Made by a program: the position numbers and the translations under genes. A DNA stretch of 64,000 nucleotides from an uncultured Candidatus Saccharibacteria bacterium (GTDB lineage: Bacteria; Patescibacteriota; Minisyncoccia; Phycocordibacterales; UBA9973), in contig CAZYBS010000001.1 of assembly GCA_964645245.1 (NCBI GenBank), forward strand, positions 526 to 64,525, given 5' to 3'. The stretch's first letter is position 1, and the number at the start of each line of letters is the position of its first letter. The notes beneath the pieces are model-generated. The model worked only from the letters and a program-made list of their open reading frames with translations, searched no databases and had not been told where the DNA came from. Of the stretch, positions 28,515-36,970 are shown piece by piece.

Positions 28515-29132
28515 ATGTCCCAGCTTCAATACAACGAAATTCGAGAGAAAAAAATAATAATTTACAACGGCGAGCCATGCGAAGTGGTAGAGAGCCACGT
28601 CGCGCGGACGCAACAGAGGAAACCGCAAAATCAGGTAAAACTCAAAAGCTTGATTTCCGGCAGGACCATCGCCGCCACTTTTCATGTCTCTGAATCGGCT
28701 GATGAAGCGGATATTATAAAGCGTGATATTACTTTTTTGTATCACAACAAACCTGCCCGCAATGCTTCGCATAGCGATGCGGGCGGGGGTGAATATTGGT
28801 TCTGCGACCCGCAAGACAAAAGTGACAGATTCAAACTTGATGCCATACTTATCGGCGAAGGAGCTAAATTCTTAAAACAAAACGGAAACGTTACAGCCCT
28901 AGTTTGGGAAAATGAAGAAGAAAATGAAAAAATTATAAAGGTAACCCTGCCGATTAAAATGGAATTTAAAGTAAAAGAGGCTCCACCGGCTGTCCGCGGA
29001 GACACATCTAAATCAGGCATGAAAGTTATCACTCTTGAAAACGGTGCAACCCTCAACGCCCCGATGTTCATAAACGGAGGAGATGTCATCCGCGTTAATA
29101 CGGAGACCGGAGAATATGTGGAGCGAGTTTAA
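28515..29132 (+). CDS. efp: Elongation factor P
   Basis: KLKSLISG, PAVRGDT, LENG..APMFI..GD.IRVNTETGEYVERV; family B insert at 28752-28787. Confidence 0.93.
   Translation: MSQLQYNEIREKKIIIYNGEPCEVVESHVARTQQRKPQNQVKLKSLISGRTIAATFHVSESADEADIIKRDITFLYHNKPARNASHSDAGGGEYWFCDPQDKSDRFKLDAILIGEGAKFLKQNGNVTALVWENEEENEKIIKVTLPIKMEFKVKEAPPAVRGDTSKSGMKVITLENGATLNAPMFINGGDVIRVNTETGEYVERV
28752..28787. mobile_element. Family B element, 36 nt, in-frame in efp
   Basis: PARNASHSDAGG; removal restores FLYHNKGEYWF. Confidence 0.85.
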
Positions 29133-29192
29133 ATGAGCGAGACCCTGAGTACATTGAAGGGTGGAGCGAGTCTAATTTATAAAACTTAATTT

Positions 29193-29579
29193 TTATACAT
29201 CAAGACCCAATTGTTGGGCCCTCGCTTTAATTTCCGCTAAGGCTTTTGTAAATAATTCTATATCTTTAACATGTTTTATTGTTTCATCTCTCGCAAGAGA
29301 TCGAGTCACTAATTCAATCATTAAAATAAATTCGGGGGCAATTTCTTCATTGGATTTTTTAGGACCAAAAAATACCCCAAGCAGAATTTTGAGTGGACCC
29401 AAAATACTATCTTCTGCAATTTGTATATCTAGGGCGACATCTGAATATTTTCTCGACCGAGACAATTGCAGAGCTTCAGAAAATTGCTCGCTGGTAAAAT
29501 GCAAACTCATATCTTGAATACGCTGAAGCACCGGAGATAACTTTTCAGGCTGGGGGAATCTTACTATTTCTTTTACCAT
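29193..29579 (-). CDS. Hypothetical protein
   Basis: 128-aa ORF directly downstream of rpsR. Confidence 0.6.
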   Translation of the reverse strand: MVKEIVRFPQPEKLSPVLQRIQDMSLHFTSEQFSEALQLSRSRKYSDVALDIQIAEDSILGPLKILLGVFFGPKKSNEEIAPEFILMIELVTRSLARDETIKHVKDIELFTKALAEIKARAQQLGLDV

Positions 29580-29584
29580 AAATT

Positions 29585-29785
29585 TTATTTCACCACAAAA
29601 GGAAGCAAGCCTAAAAATCTCGCGTGTTTGATGGCGGAAGTCAAAGCGCGCTGATTTTTAGCAGTAACGCCGGTGCGCTTATGGCCCATGATTTTGCCAT
29701 TAGGATTTAGAAATTTCTTCAGGATTTCAATATCCTTATAGTCTATGTATTTTATGTTATTGGCTGAAAAGTAATCTTGCTTCAT
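29585..29785 (-). CDS. rpsR: 30S ribosomal protein S18
   Basis: IDYKDIEILKKF..GKI..RTG..KNQR.L..AIK.AR.LGLLPF. Confidence 0.97.
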   Translation of the reverse strand: MKQDYFSANNIKYIDYKDIEILKKFLNPNGKIMGHKRTGVTAKNQRALTSAIKHARFLGLLPFVVK

Positions 29786-29804
29786 AGCTGTGTGTTTTTA
29801 TTTG

Positions 29805-30254
29805 CTAAAAAGGAATGTCTTCAGGATTAATATCTTCTTCCGGATATTCTATGCTATCGACTTCTTCACTTTTATTGCTTGAATCTTTCAGTGCATTTTG
29901 AGCTCCCGTAGTTCCTCCGCCACTTCCTTTGGGACCAAACTGGGTGCGGTCGGCTATCACCTCCGTACGATACTTTTTTTCTCCACTGGTCTTATCATCC
30001 CAACTCCTTGTTTGCATCCTGCCTTCCACTAAAATGGAAGACCCTTTCTTCATGTACTGCGCAACTGTCTCGGCTTGACGTCCGAATACTACGACATTGT
30101 GATAGTCAGCTGCTTCCTGGCGCACGCCATTTTTATCTTTCCAAACGCGATTGGTGGCTAGGGAAAATGAACAAACTTTAACTCCTGTCGTCGTCGAGCG
30201 AAGTTCCGGATCCCGGGTTAAATTTCCTATTAATATTACTTTGTTTAAATACAT
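29805..30254 (-). CDS. ssb: Single-stranded DNA-binding protein
   Basis: NKVILIGNLTRDPELR, KGS.ILVEGRMQTRSW, C-terminal EDIPF. Confidence 0.98.
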   Translation of the reverse strand: MYLNKVILIGNLTRDPELRSTTTGVKVCSFSLATNRVWKDKNGVRQEAADYHNVVVFGRQAETVAQYMKKGSSILVEGRMQTRSWDDKTSGEKKYRTEVIADRTQFGPKGSGGGTTGAQNALKDSSNKSEEVDSIEYPEEDINPEDIPF

Positions 30255-30276
30255 AATTTTAAAAGACTAATAATAA

Positions 30277-30768
30277 TTATACTGCAACTAATGCGTCTAT
30301 TTCTTTATCTATCTCTTCTTTATTTATAGGGACGGCTATTTCATTTTCGGTATGCTTTCTCATGACTGGCCTTTTATATTCTCCACGTACAAATCTTTTT
30401 GCCGCAATAGTATTTTCTCTGACTGTTTTTAAGAGCAGAAATCGAATAAAGTTCGGATCAAGGTCAAGATGCCTCTTCAATTCCAAAATCGCTTCTGGAT
30501 TCATTATAAATTTAGTCCAACCAAAATACGCCGTGTTAAATTTATTGCGTACATTGGATGTCACTTTTTTCATAGAATAAGCAAGTGTAGTCATCCTGGG
30601 CATTTCATCCGTTATAATCTCACCCCCAAAAGATGAGACAAGTTCTTTAAGATTACCATAACTAACTGGCACATCTTCCTGCCCAATTGTAGGCACCAAA
30701 AGATAACCAAGCTCATAGACTTGCTTGTCATTTTTATTATTTTCTGCCCCACTATCCATATCTTGCAT
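30277..30768 (-). CDS. rpsF: 30S ribosomal protein S6
   Basis: YELGYLL, LAYSMKK, AYFGW, IRFLL; rpsF-ssb-rpsR order. Confidence 0.88.
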   Translation of the reverse strand: MQDMDSGAENNKNDKQVYELGYLLVPTIGQEDVPVSYGNLKELVSSFGGEIITDEMPRMTTLAYSMKKVTSNVRNKFNTAYFGWTKFIMNPEAILELKRHLDLDPNFIRFLLLKTVRENTIAAKRFVRGEYKRPVMRKHTENEIAVPINKEEIDKEIDALVAV

Positions 30769-30792
30769 GAATTACATATTAACAAAAAGCCG

Positions 30793-31650
30793 CTAAATTG
30801 TAAATACTCGCTGGGCATTTGCAATCAAAGCTTGCGCAACTTCGTCTTCCGGCAGATTTTTAATCTCGGCAGTTTTTTTGACGACTTCTTTTACATAAGA
30901 GGGTTCATTACGTTTGCCTCGGTGTGGTACAGGAGTGACATACGGAGAATCTGTCTCAGACATAATCATATCAAGCGGCGTATTTCTGATAACTTCATCG
31001 TAGTCCCGGGTAAATGTAATGACCCCGGTAAAAGAAAGAGTAAAACCAAAATCCAAAAAACTTTTTGCTTCCTCCCAAGTCCCGGCAAAAAAATGCACAT
31101 TGCCTTTAACTTGAGCATAAGTCTTTAGAATTTCTAGAGCATCACTATAAGCCCGCCCGAACGACTGTTCAGTCGGGCGGGCATTGCGAATATGAAGCAT
31201 CAAGGGTTTATTAAATTCATTGGCCAGTTCTATTTGCTGTATAAAAGCTTCTTTTTGTTTTAATATTGACTCTTCGGTGCAACGATAATAATCCAACCCG
31301 CACTCGCCTATTCCGACTATTTTTTCATTTGCTTTTTTGTCTTTTAAAAGTTCTCGGTAAGATTCTTTATCAAAAACTTCTCCGCGCGAGGTAAATTCTT
31401 TTCCGCCAACACCTAACTCCTTTTCATCGTGATACGACACTCCAGTATGTATCGGGTGCAGTCCGATAATCGCATACACGCCTTCTTTATACTGATTGGC
31501 CATTTTCACCGCTTTTCTTGAAGTATCCATTTGCGTACCGACATTTATCACCCAGGTATTATTTTCCAAGGCGCGCTTAATCACCTCATCTCTATCTTCA
31601 TCAAAGGCCTTAAAATTAACATGGCTATGTATATCTATGTATTTGGGCAT
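30793..31650 (-). CDS. tatD: TatD family hydrolase/DNase
   Basis: DIHSH, GLHP, GIGECGLDY, LHIR, HFF, SETDSPY..P.RGKRNEP; family B insert at 31152-31181. Confidence 0.95.
   Translation of the reverse strand: MPKYIDIHSHVNFKAFDEDRDEVIKRALENNTWVINVGTQMDTSRKAVKMANQYKEGVYAIIGLHPIHTGVSYHDEKELGVGGKEFTSRGEVFDKESYRELLKDKKANEKIVGIGECGLDYYRCTEESILKQKEAFIQQIELANEFNKPLMLHIRNARPTEQSFGRAYSDALEILKTYAQVKGNVHFFAGTWEEAKSFLDFGFTLSFTGVITFTRDYDEVIRNTPLDMIMSETDSPYVTPVPHRGKRNEPSYVKEVVKKTAEIKNLPEDEVAQALIANAQRVFTI
31152..31181. mobile_element. Family B 30-mer, in-frame in tatD
   Basis: Read as ARPTEQSFGR; removal restores HIRNAYSDALEIL. Confidence 0.9.
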
Positions 31651-31654
31651 AAAT

Positions 31655-32197
31655 TTATATAATTAAATCATTATGGGTATACCCCATTTCCCTGAGTTTG
31701 ATATAAAGCGGTAAAAGTAATACTACCTCTTTTTTGGGATCGTGTTTATGATGATCCTTAGCTATCATGGCTATATATTCCTTTAGCTCTTGTTTGTCTA
31801 TGTTTGTTTCTTTAATGGCTTGCTCAACACTTTTCAGAAAATCATCATCTGTTTCTTCCCACCTTCTCTTACTAAAACCTCTTTCTTTTCTTCTGGCTTC
31901 TTCGTCTTTATCTGGCCGTAAGTACCATTCTTTCCATTTTTTACCTCTGTCCTCAAGAACTTGTTCTAAACTTCTGTTACCTCTTCCTAACCTAGCTGTA
32001 TGTTCACGAGCATCTTTTCCTGAAGTTGCAGGTAATCTTGTATAAAAATTATTCATATAATAGTCAGCTCTCATTTCAGGAGTCCACTGCTCTTCAGATT
32101 TATGTGAAGGTCGCTCCTGGGCATTAATTTCGGCCCATATAATTTTTTCCATAGACTTTTCGGGCTTCTTAGGTTGCTGTGGTGGTTTTGGTTCCAT
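31655..32197 (-). CDS. Hypothetical charged protein
   Basis: 180-aa ORF between metG and tatD. Confidence 0.65.
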   Translation of the reverse strand: MEPKPPQQPKKPEKSMEKIIWAEINAQERPSHKSEEQWTPEMRADYYMNNFYTRLPATSGKDAREHTARLGRGNRSLEQVLEDRGKKWKEWYLRPDKDEEARRKERGFSKRRWEETDDDFLKSVEQAIKETNIDKQELKEYIAMIAKDHHKHDPKKEVVLLLPLYIKLREMGYTHNDLII

Positions 32198-32246
32198 ATA
32201 TTTTATATTCCTTACAGAGGTTTAACCTCTGTATTGTATTATTAAT

Positions 32247-33728
32247 TTAGTCCTTGCGGGGGAATAATGGAGTTTCGGGCATCTTATTTTCTTTTACTAA
32301 GTTAATTATTCTTTGAGATGTATGAGGAAGCAGTGGTCTAAGCATTCTCCCAACTCTAAAAAGTGATGCTAATAGTTGTTCTATGTCTTTTTTTGCTTGA
32401 TCAGGATTTATTTTTATTTTCTTGAAGGGCTCTTCTGCCTGTATATATGCATCAAGATAAGTAGTATAGGCCATAACTTCCTCAACACCTTTATTAAAAT
32501 AATATTTATTTAAATGTTGACCTAATCTATCTTCCTGAGGCAAAATCTCTGGCTCTTTCTCTAGGAAAACATTATTACTTACTGCCATTTTCATTATTCT
32601 TGAGACTAAATTCCCCAAACCATTTGCCAGATTTGCATTGTAGGCGTCCTTAAATCTTTCCATCGTAAACGGACTGTCTTCAAAAGGAGAAATCTCGCGC
32701 AAGAGAAAATAGCGCAGAGCATCCGTGCCGTATTCTTTTACAATTTCTCCTGGAGAAATTACATTGCCGAGGGACTTGGACATTTTAATCCCGCCCTCGC
32801 TGGTAATGAAACCGTGATAGACAACTCTGTCGGTTGTCGGCAGGCCTGCCGACATGAGCATCCCCTGCCACATGACTGACTGAAATTTCACCATATCTTT
32901 GCCGGCAGTTTGGACCGTTTCCCCATCCTGCCAAAATTTTTCAAACAGATTTTCTTTTTCATCCGGTTTACCCGCCGTAGCTTTAGCGGAGGCGGGCCAG
33001 CCCAAGGTGGAAATATAATTTATCAGAGCGTCAAACCAAACATACATGACCTGCGTATCGTCCCCGGGTATTGGTATACCCCAAGAAAAACGTTTTTTAT
33101 CGCGGGAGATTGAAAAATCTTCCATTCCATCTTGCACGAAATCAATTGCTTCCTTCCTGCGCCACTCCGGAATGATTACTTTCTCATTTGATAGATAGTC
33201 TAGAAGTTGCTTTTTATAATTTCCTAATCTAAAAAAATAATTTTCTTCTTCAACGACTTCAGGCTCTTGAGTCGGATGAAGTGAGCACTTACTATTCACA
33301 AGGTCTCTCTCTGTAATAAATTTTTCACACCCGACACAATAAAGCCCTCTATAAATCTTTTTATAAATGTCCCCCTTTTTATCACAAAGACGCCAAAATT
33401 CTTGCGCCGCTTTGATATGCTCTTTACTGGTTGTTCTGATAAAATTATTATAAGAAAGATTCAAGATGTCTTTAAGATCGAGAAATTTTTGCGCATAATG
33501 ATCAACATAATCTTGAATATCTTTGCCTTCTTTTTGACTTGCTTCCCAAATCTTTTGGCCGTATTCATCCGTGCCGGTACTAAAAAAAACGTCTTTGCCC
33601 GTCAGGCGCTGATAGCGCGCAATGGCATCGGACTGCACTAATTCAAGCGCAAAACCAATATGAGGCTCCGCATTTACATAGGGAATCGTTGTCGTAATGA
33701 AGAAAGGTTTTTTTTCATTGCTCGTCAT
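32247..33728 (-). CDS. metG: Methionine--tRNA ligase
   Basis: TTTIPYVNAEPHIG, GTDEYGQK, YVWFDALINY, GKDM, KMSKSLGN; insert at 32967-32996. Confidence 0.97.
   Translation of the reverse strand: MTSNEKKPFFITTTIPYVNAEPHIGFALELVQSDAIARYQRLTGKDVFFSTGTDEYGQKIWEASQKEGKDIQDYVDHYAQKFLDLKDILNLSYNNFIRTTSKEHIKAAQEFWRLCDKKGDIYKKIYRGLYCVGCEKFITERDLVNSKCSLHPTQEPEVVEEENYFFRLGNYKKQLLDYLSNEKVIIPEWRRKEAIDFVQDGMEDFSISRDKKRFSWGIPIPGDDTQVMYVWFDALINYISTLGWPASAKATAGKPDEKENLFEKFWQDGETVQTAGKDMVKFQSVMWQGMLMSAGLPTTDRVVYHGFITSEGGIKMSKSLGNVISPGEIVKEYGTDALRYFLLREISPFEDSPFTMERFKDAYNANLANGLGNLVSRIMKMAVSNNVFLEKEPEILPQEDRLGQHLNKYYFNKGVEEVMAYTTYLDAYIQAEEPFKKIKINPDQAKKDIEQLLASLFRVGRMLRPLLPHTSQRIINLVKENKMPETPLFPRKD
32967..32996. 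mobile_element. 30-nt TTTA-footed hairpin (family E), in-frame in metG
   Basis: tttacccgccgtagctttagcggaggcggg = PASAKATAGK; homolog at 4484-4513; removal restores LGWPDE. Confidence 0.8.
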
Positions 33729-33738
33729 TATTTATCTA

Positions 33739-34812
33739 TTATTTGTTGCTGGTTCGGGCTAAGGTTTTATCTTTTTCAATGTCACTCAAAAATTCCATGA
33801 CAATGACCGCCACCGGAATAGCCAGCACCACTCCCCAGAATCCGCCCAATTCGAAACCAATCAAAGCGGATAAAATTATGACAATTGGCGAAAGACCCAC
33901 TATTTTTTTAATAATCAGCGGAGCAAAAAGGAAAACTTCAAATTGATGAACAATTACATAAGCTCCGGTGACCATAAGTGCGCTTCCGATCCCTCCGGAA
34001 AGATAAGAAAAAGTAAAAGCGGGAATCAGGGCGACTAAAATACCATAAGGCACAAGTTCCATTATTCCCGCAATAATGGAAAGAAGCAGGGCATATTCTA
34101 TGCCTAAAAGAGAGAGCACCAAATAAATGAGGACGGCCACCACCAAACCCAAGACCACTTGCCCTTTCATCCATAACGCAATTTTGCGACGTGAGCGTTC
34201 CCACAGGTCTACCACATAATCATCGTATTGAATAGGCACAATGATTCGAAGGAAATTTTCTATTCCCCTTTCTTGGATTGAAAGATAAAAAGAAATAAGA
34301 ATAATTAATATAAAATTGAAAATACCTCCGAAGGCGACAGAAAGCGTTTGGAAAAATCCCCCCGAAAGATTCAAGACAAAAGCTTTGGATACTGAAAATA
34401 GTGTGGTGAGTGAAAAATTACTTGAAAGATTACTGACTATATCTTTAGCGCCAGAGAAGGCTTCATTTTGAAAATAATTCAAGAAAGAGACACCCGGAAT
34501 ATAAGTCGAGATAAAACTGGAAAAGTTATAAATTTCGGTTATTAAAAGCGGAGCAAAAAGATAAAATATCCCGGCTAAAACAAAAAGTGACATAGCATAC
34601 AAAATCACAATTCCAAATACTCGATTGATTCCTATTTTTCTAAAATGGGGAACAGCTGATTCTACAAATGAAGCGATTACAATGGAGGTCAAAACTATCA
34701 GGACTAAATCCCGTAAATACCACAATAAAAATACACCCAAAGCAAGTAAAACGGCTCGGACCATTGTGTCGGTGGATATGGAAATAGAAGTGATATTGTT
34801 CTTTTCAAACAT
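33739..34812 (-). CDS. AI-2E family transporter
   Basis: Multi-TM; ELVPY.G, FAPLII..VGLSP..IILS.LIG..LGG.WG..LAIP. Confidence 0.9.
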   Translation of the reverse strand: MFEKNNITSISISTDTMVRAVLLALGVFLLWYLRDLVLIVLTSIVIASFVESAVPHFRKIGINRVFGIVILYAMSLFVLAGIFYLFAPLLITEIYNFSSFISTYIPGVSFLNYFQNEAFSGAKDIVSNLSSNFSLTTLFSVSKAFVLNLSGGFFQTLSVAFGGIFNFILIILISFYLSIQERGIENFLRIIVPIQYDDYVVDLWERSRRKIALWMKGQVVLGLVVAVLIYLVLSLLGIEYALLLSIIAGIMELVPYGILVALIPAFTFSYLSGGIGSALMVTGAYVIVHQFEVFLFAPLIIKKIVGLSPIVIILSALIGFELGGFWGVVLAIPVAVIVMEFLSDIEKDKTLARTSNK

Positions 34813-34887
34813 AGAAATACTATATCACAAAACACACCCCTCCCCAACCCTCCCCTTATTAAGGGGAGGGCGAAGGGTGAGGTGAAT

Positions 34888-36156
34888 TTAAAATTTTAGT
34901 ATTTTCAAAAATTTAGCCTTCTCTTTGAAGGGCCCGATGAGGGCCAGATTGAGCTTTTTGTTTTTAAAAATATTGTTTGCCAGGTTTTGGATTTGGCTGG
35001 CTGTGACTTTACGTATTTCATTGGCCTTTTCTTCGGCTCCTTTGATTTCGCGTTTCAAAAGTTCTTGCCCGCCGTAAAAATTAGCAATGTCATCGCTGGA
35101 CTCCAGAGAGAGTTTCATATTGCCAATCAGGCACTCTTTGACTTTCTCTAATTCTTCTTTTCCAACTTTATAACTCTTTAATTTTCTGCATTCTTCCAGT
35201 ACTGCTTGCACAACTTCATTTATTCTTTTATTATCCACCCCGGCCGAAATTTGCAAAAATCCGTGGTCAGTATAAGCGTCGCTGTAAGCGCGAACATAGT
35301 AGCCAACACCCATCTCTTCACGAAGCTTGACGAAAAGGCGAGAGCTCATTCCCGCGCCTAGGACTCCGCCGAGCACGGAGAGAATTGCATTTTTCTTATT
35401 AAATAAATTGAAACTCCTCACCCCTAAAACAAGATGCGTTTGGTCTGTCTTTTTAAAATTAATTAAGGCGCATGGCTTTTTTTGTCTTTCTTTTACTCTT
35501 ATTTTATGACTCTTCCTGCCGCGCGGAACTCTGCTGAAAATTTTATTTACCTCTTTCATTACTTCTTTTTGTTTTACTTGCCCGGCGACTATTAATACGG
35601 TAGCTTCCGGCAGATAGTGTCTCTTTTTATAATTAACAAAATCAGCAGTTTTCATATTCAAAATATTTTTCTTTTCACCGGCAACATTCCAACCAGCTGG
35701 CTGATTTCCGTAAAGCAATTTCATAAATAAATCTTGCACATGTCTTTGCGGCATATCTTCATACATATTTATCTCTTCTATAATCACGCCTTTTTCTTTT
35801 TGCATCTCGGCGTCAGGAAAAGTGGAATTTAGATATATATCCGACACAACGTCGAAAATCTGCCGGAAATGCCGAGCACCGGATTTGGCATAATATCCCG
35901 TATATTCTTGCGCGGTAAAAGCATTGTATTGACTTCCGAGCGCGTCTAATTCTTTTGAAATATCAACGGCTTTTGGCCTTTTGGCTGTGCCTTTGAAACA
36001 CATATGCTCTAAAAAATGAGAAATACCATTCACCTTTTTTTCTTCGTATTTTGACCCCGCCTCTACTAAGACCAAGACCGTCACCGTCGGATTGTCTTTC
36101 ATCGGTACGGTGATAACTCTTAAACCATTCTTTAAAACTCTTTTTGAGAATTTCAT
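34888..36156 (-). CDS. M16 family zinc peptidase
   Basis: LKNGLRV, GISHFLEHM.FKGT, NAFT.EYT.YY, GMSSRLF..LREE.G..Y; likely start ATG 36156. Confidence 0.93.
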   Translation of the reverse strand: MKFSKRVLKNGLRVITVPMKDNPTVTVLVLVEAGSKYEEKKVNGISHFLEHMCFKGTAKRPKAVDISKELDALGSQYNAFTAQEYTGYYAKSGARHFRQIFDVVSDIYLNSTFPDAEMQKEKGVIIEEINMYEDMPQRHVQDLFMKLLYGNQPAGWNVAGEKKNILNMKTADFVNYKKRHYLPEATVLIVAGQVKQKEVMKEVNKIFSRVPRGRKSHKIRVKERQKKPCALINFKKTDQTHLVLGVRSFNLFNKKNAILSVLGGVLGAGMSSRLFVKLREEMGVGYYVRAYSDAYTDHGFLQISAGVDNKRINEVVQAVLEECRKLKSYKVGKEELEKVKECLIGNMKLSLESSDDIANFYGGQELLKREIKGAEEKANEIRKVTASQIQNLANNIFKNKKLNLALIGPFKEKAKFLKILKF

Positions 36157-36192
36157 AATGAATATTATACCAGAATTTTTTGTCCAACTCAA

Positions 36193-36230
36193 ATTTACCA
36201 GAACTACGCTATAGCGTAGGCTATGTAAAT
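36193..36230. promoter_or_regulatory. 38-bp symmetric site ATTTAC-N6-TACGCTATAGCGTA-N6-GTAAAT (copy 1)
   Basis: Matches 36860-36897 at all 26 symmetric positions. Confidence 0.8.
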
Positions 36231-36249
36231 AAAGGAAATAACAAAAAAA

Positions 36250-36840
36250 CTAATAGTGTGCCAGTTTAAAATGTTTAATTAGGAAATTGTCATTTTCAAT
36301 TTTATCTGCTACTACATAGAGTACATCACGCCCAACTCTAAAATCTGCTTTCATTAAAGTAATAAAATCTTCACAATCATACGGATACACCCACACACTA
36401 TCCTGCAATCTTAGAAATTCCATTTTAAATAAATTGCGTCGGATTCTATCTCTGATATTTTTTCTTTTTTCTTTGACATCAAACATGAGTAATCTCCATT
36501 TTCCATCCCACCTTTTAGGTTTTTTAATCTGAAAACCATTAAATCTCAGTTGGCGCAGTTTATCTTGCCCCCTTAGGGTTAACCTAGCAAAATTTCCCCT
36601 TTCTGTTTTTTCAAAAACAATAAAACCGGCATTCTTTAACCGTGCCAATGATCTATTGAAGGAATATTTTCTATATTTGCTTTTCATAAAGTCGGGCTCA
36701 AATTGCGCCAAGACTTTTGTCATTTTCGGAGCTATTAAAGCAACACTTAAACCGCCTAGTGCAAAAATAGTGGACAGAATGGCTCTTTGTAGTTTTGCTC
36801 TTTTTTCTCTTTTTCGTACCTCTTGTTCTATGCTTCTCAT
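36250..36840 (-). CDS. PaaX-like protein (wHTH plus Cas2-like ferredoxin-fold domain)
   Basis: LARLKNAGFI...RLT..G wHTH; KPKRWDGKWRLLMFDV..R..IR..L....F..LQDSVW motif. Confidence 0.8.
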   Translation of the reverse strand: MRSIEQEVRKREKRAKLQRAILSTIFALGGLSVALIAPKMTKVLAQFEPDFMKSKYRKYSFNRSLARLKNAGFIVFEKTERGNFARLTLRGQDKLRQLRFNGFQIKKPKRWDGKWRLLMFDVKEKRKNIRDRIRRNLFKMEFLRLQDSVWVYPYDCEDFITLMKADFRVGRDVLYVVADKIENDNFLIKHFKLAHY

Positions 36841-36859
36841 GTTTACTTATCTTACCATA

Positions 36860-36897
36860 ATTTACTTAACTTACGCTATAGCGTATCTTATGTAAAT
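36860..36897. promoter_or_regulatory. 38-bp symmetric site (copy 2)
   Basis: atttac-ttaact-tacgctatagcgta-tcttat-gtaaat, 19 bp upstream of the ATG. Confidence 0.8.
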
Positions 36898-36970
36898 ATT
36901 GGAATACTATTGAAACAATAGTTTTTAAGAGTTGAATGGTAACTTACCTTTGTATAATTCCAATTCTTTC

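Noticed and set aside
36250-36840. CRISPR-Cas locus suggested by the Cas2-like motif
   Set aside because: No cas1 or other cas genes and no repeat-spacer array; the protein has an N-terminal wHTH typical of PaaX-like proteins.
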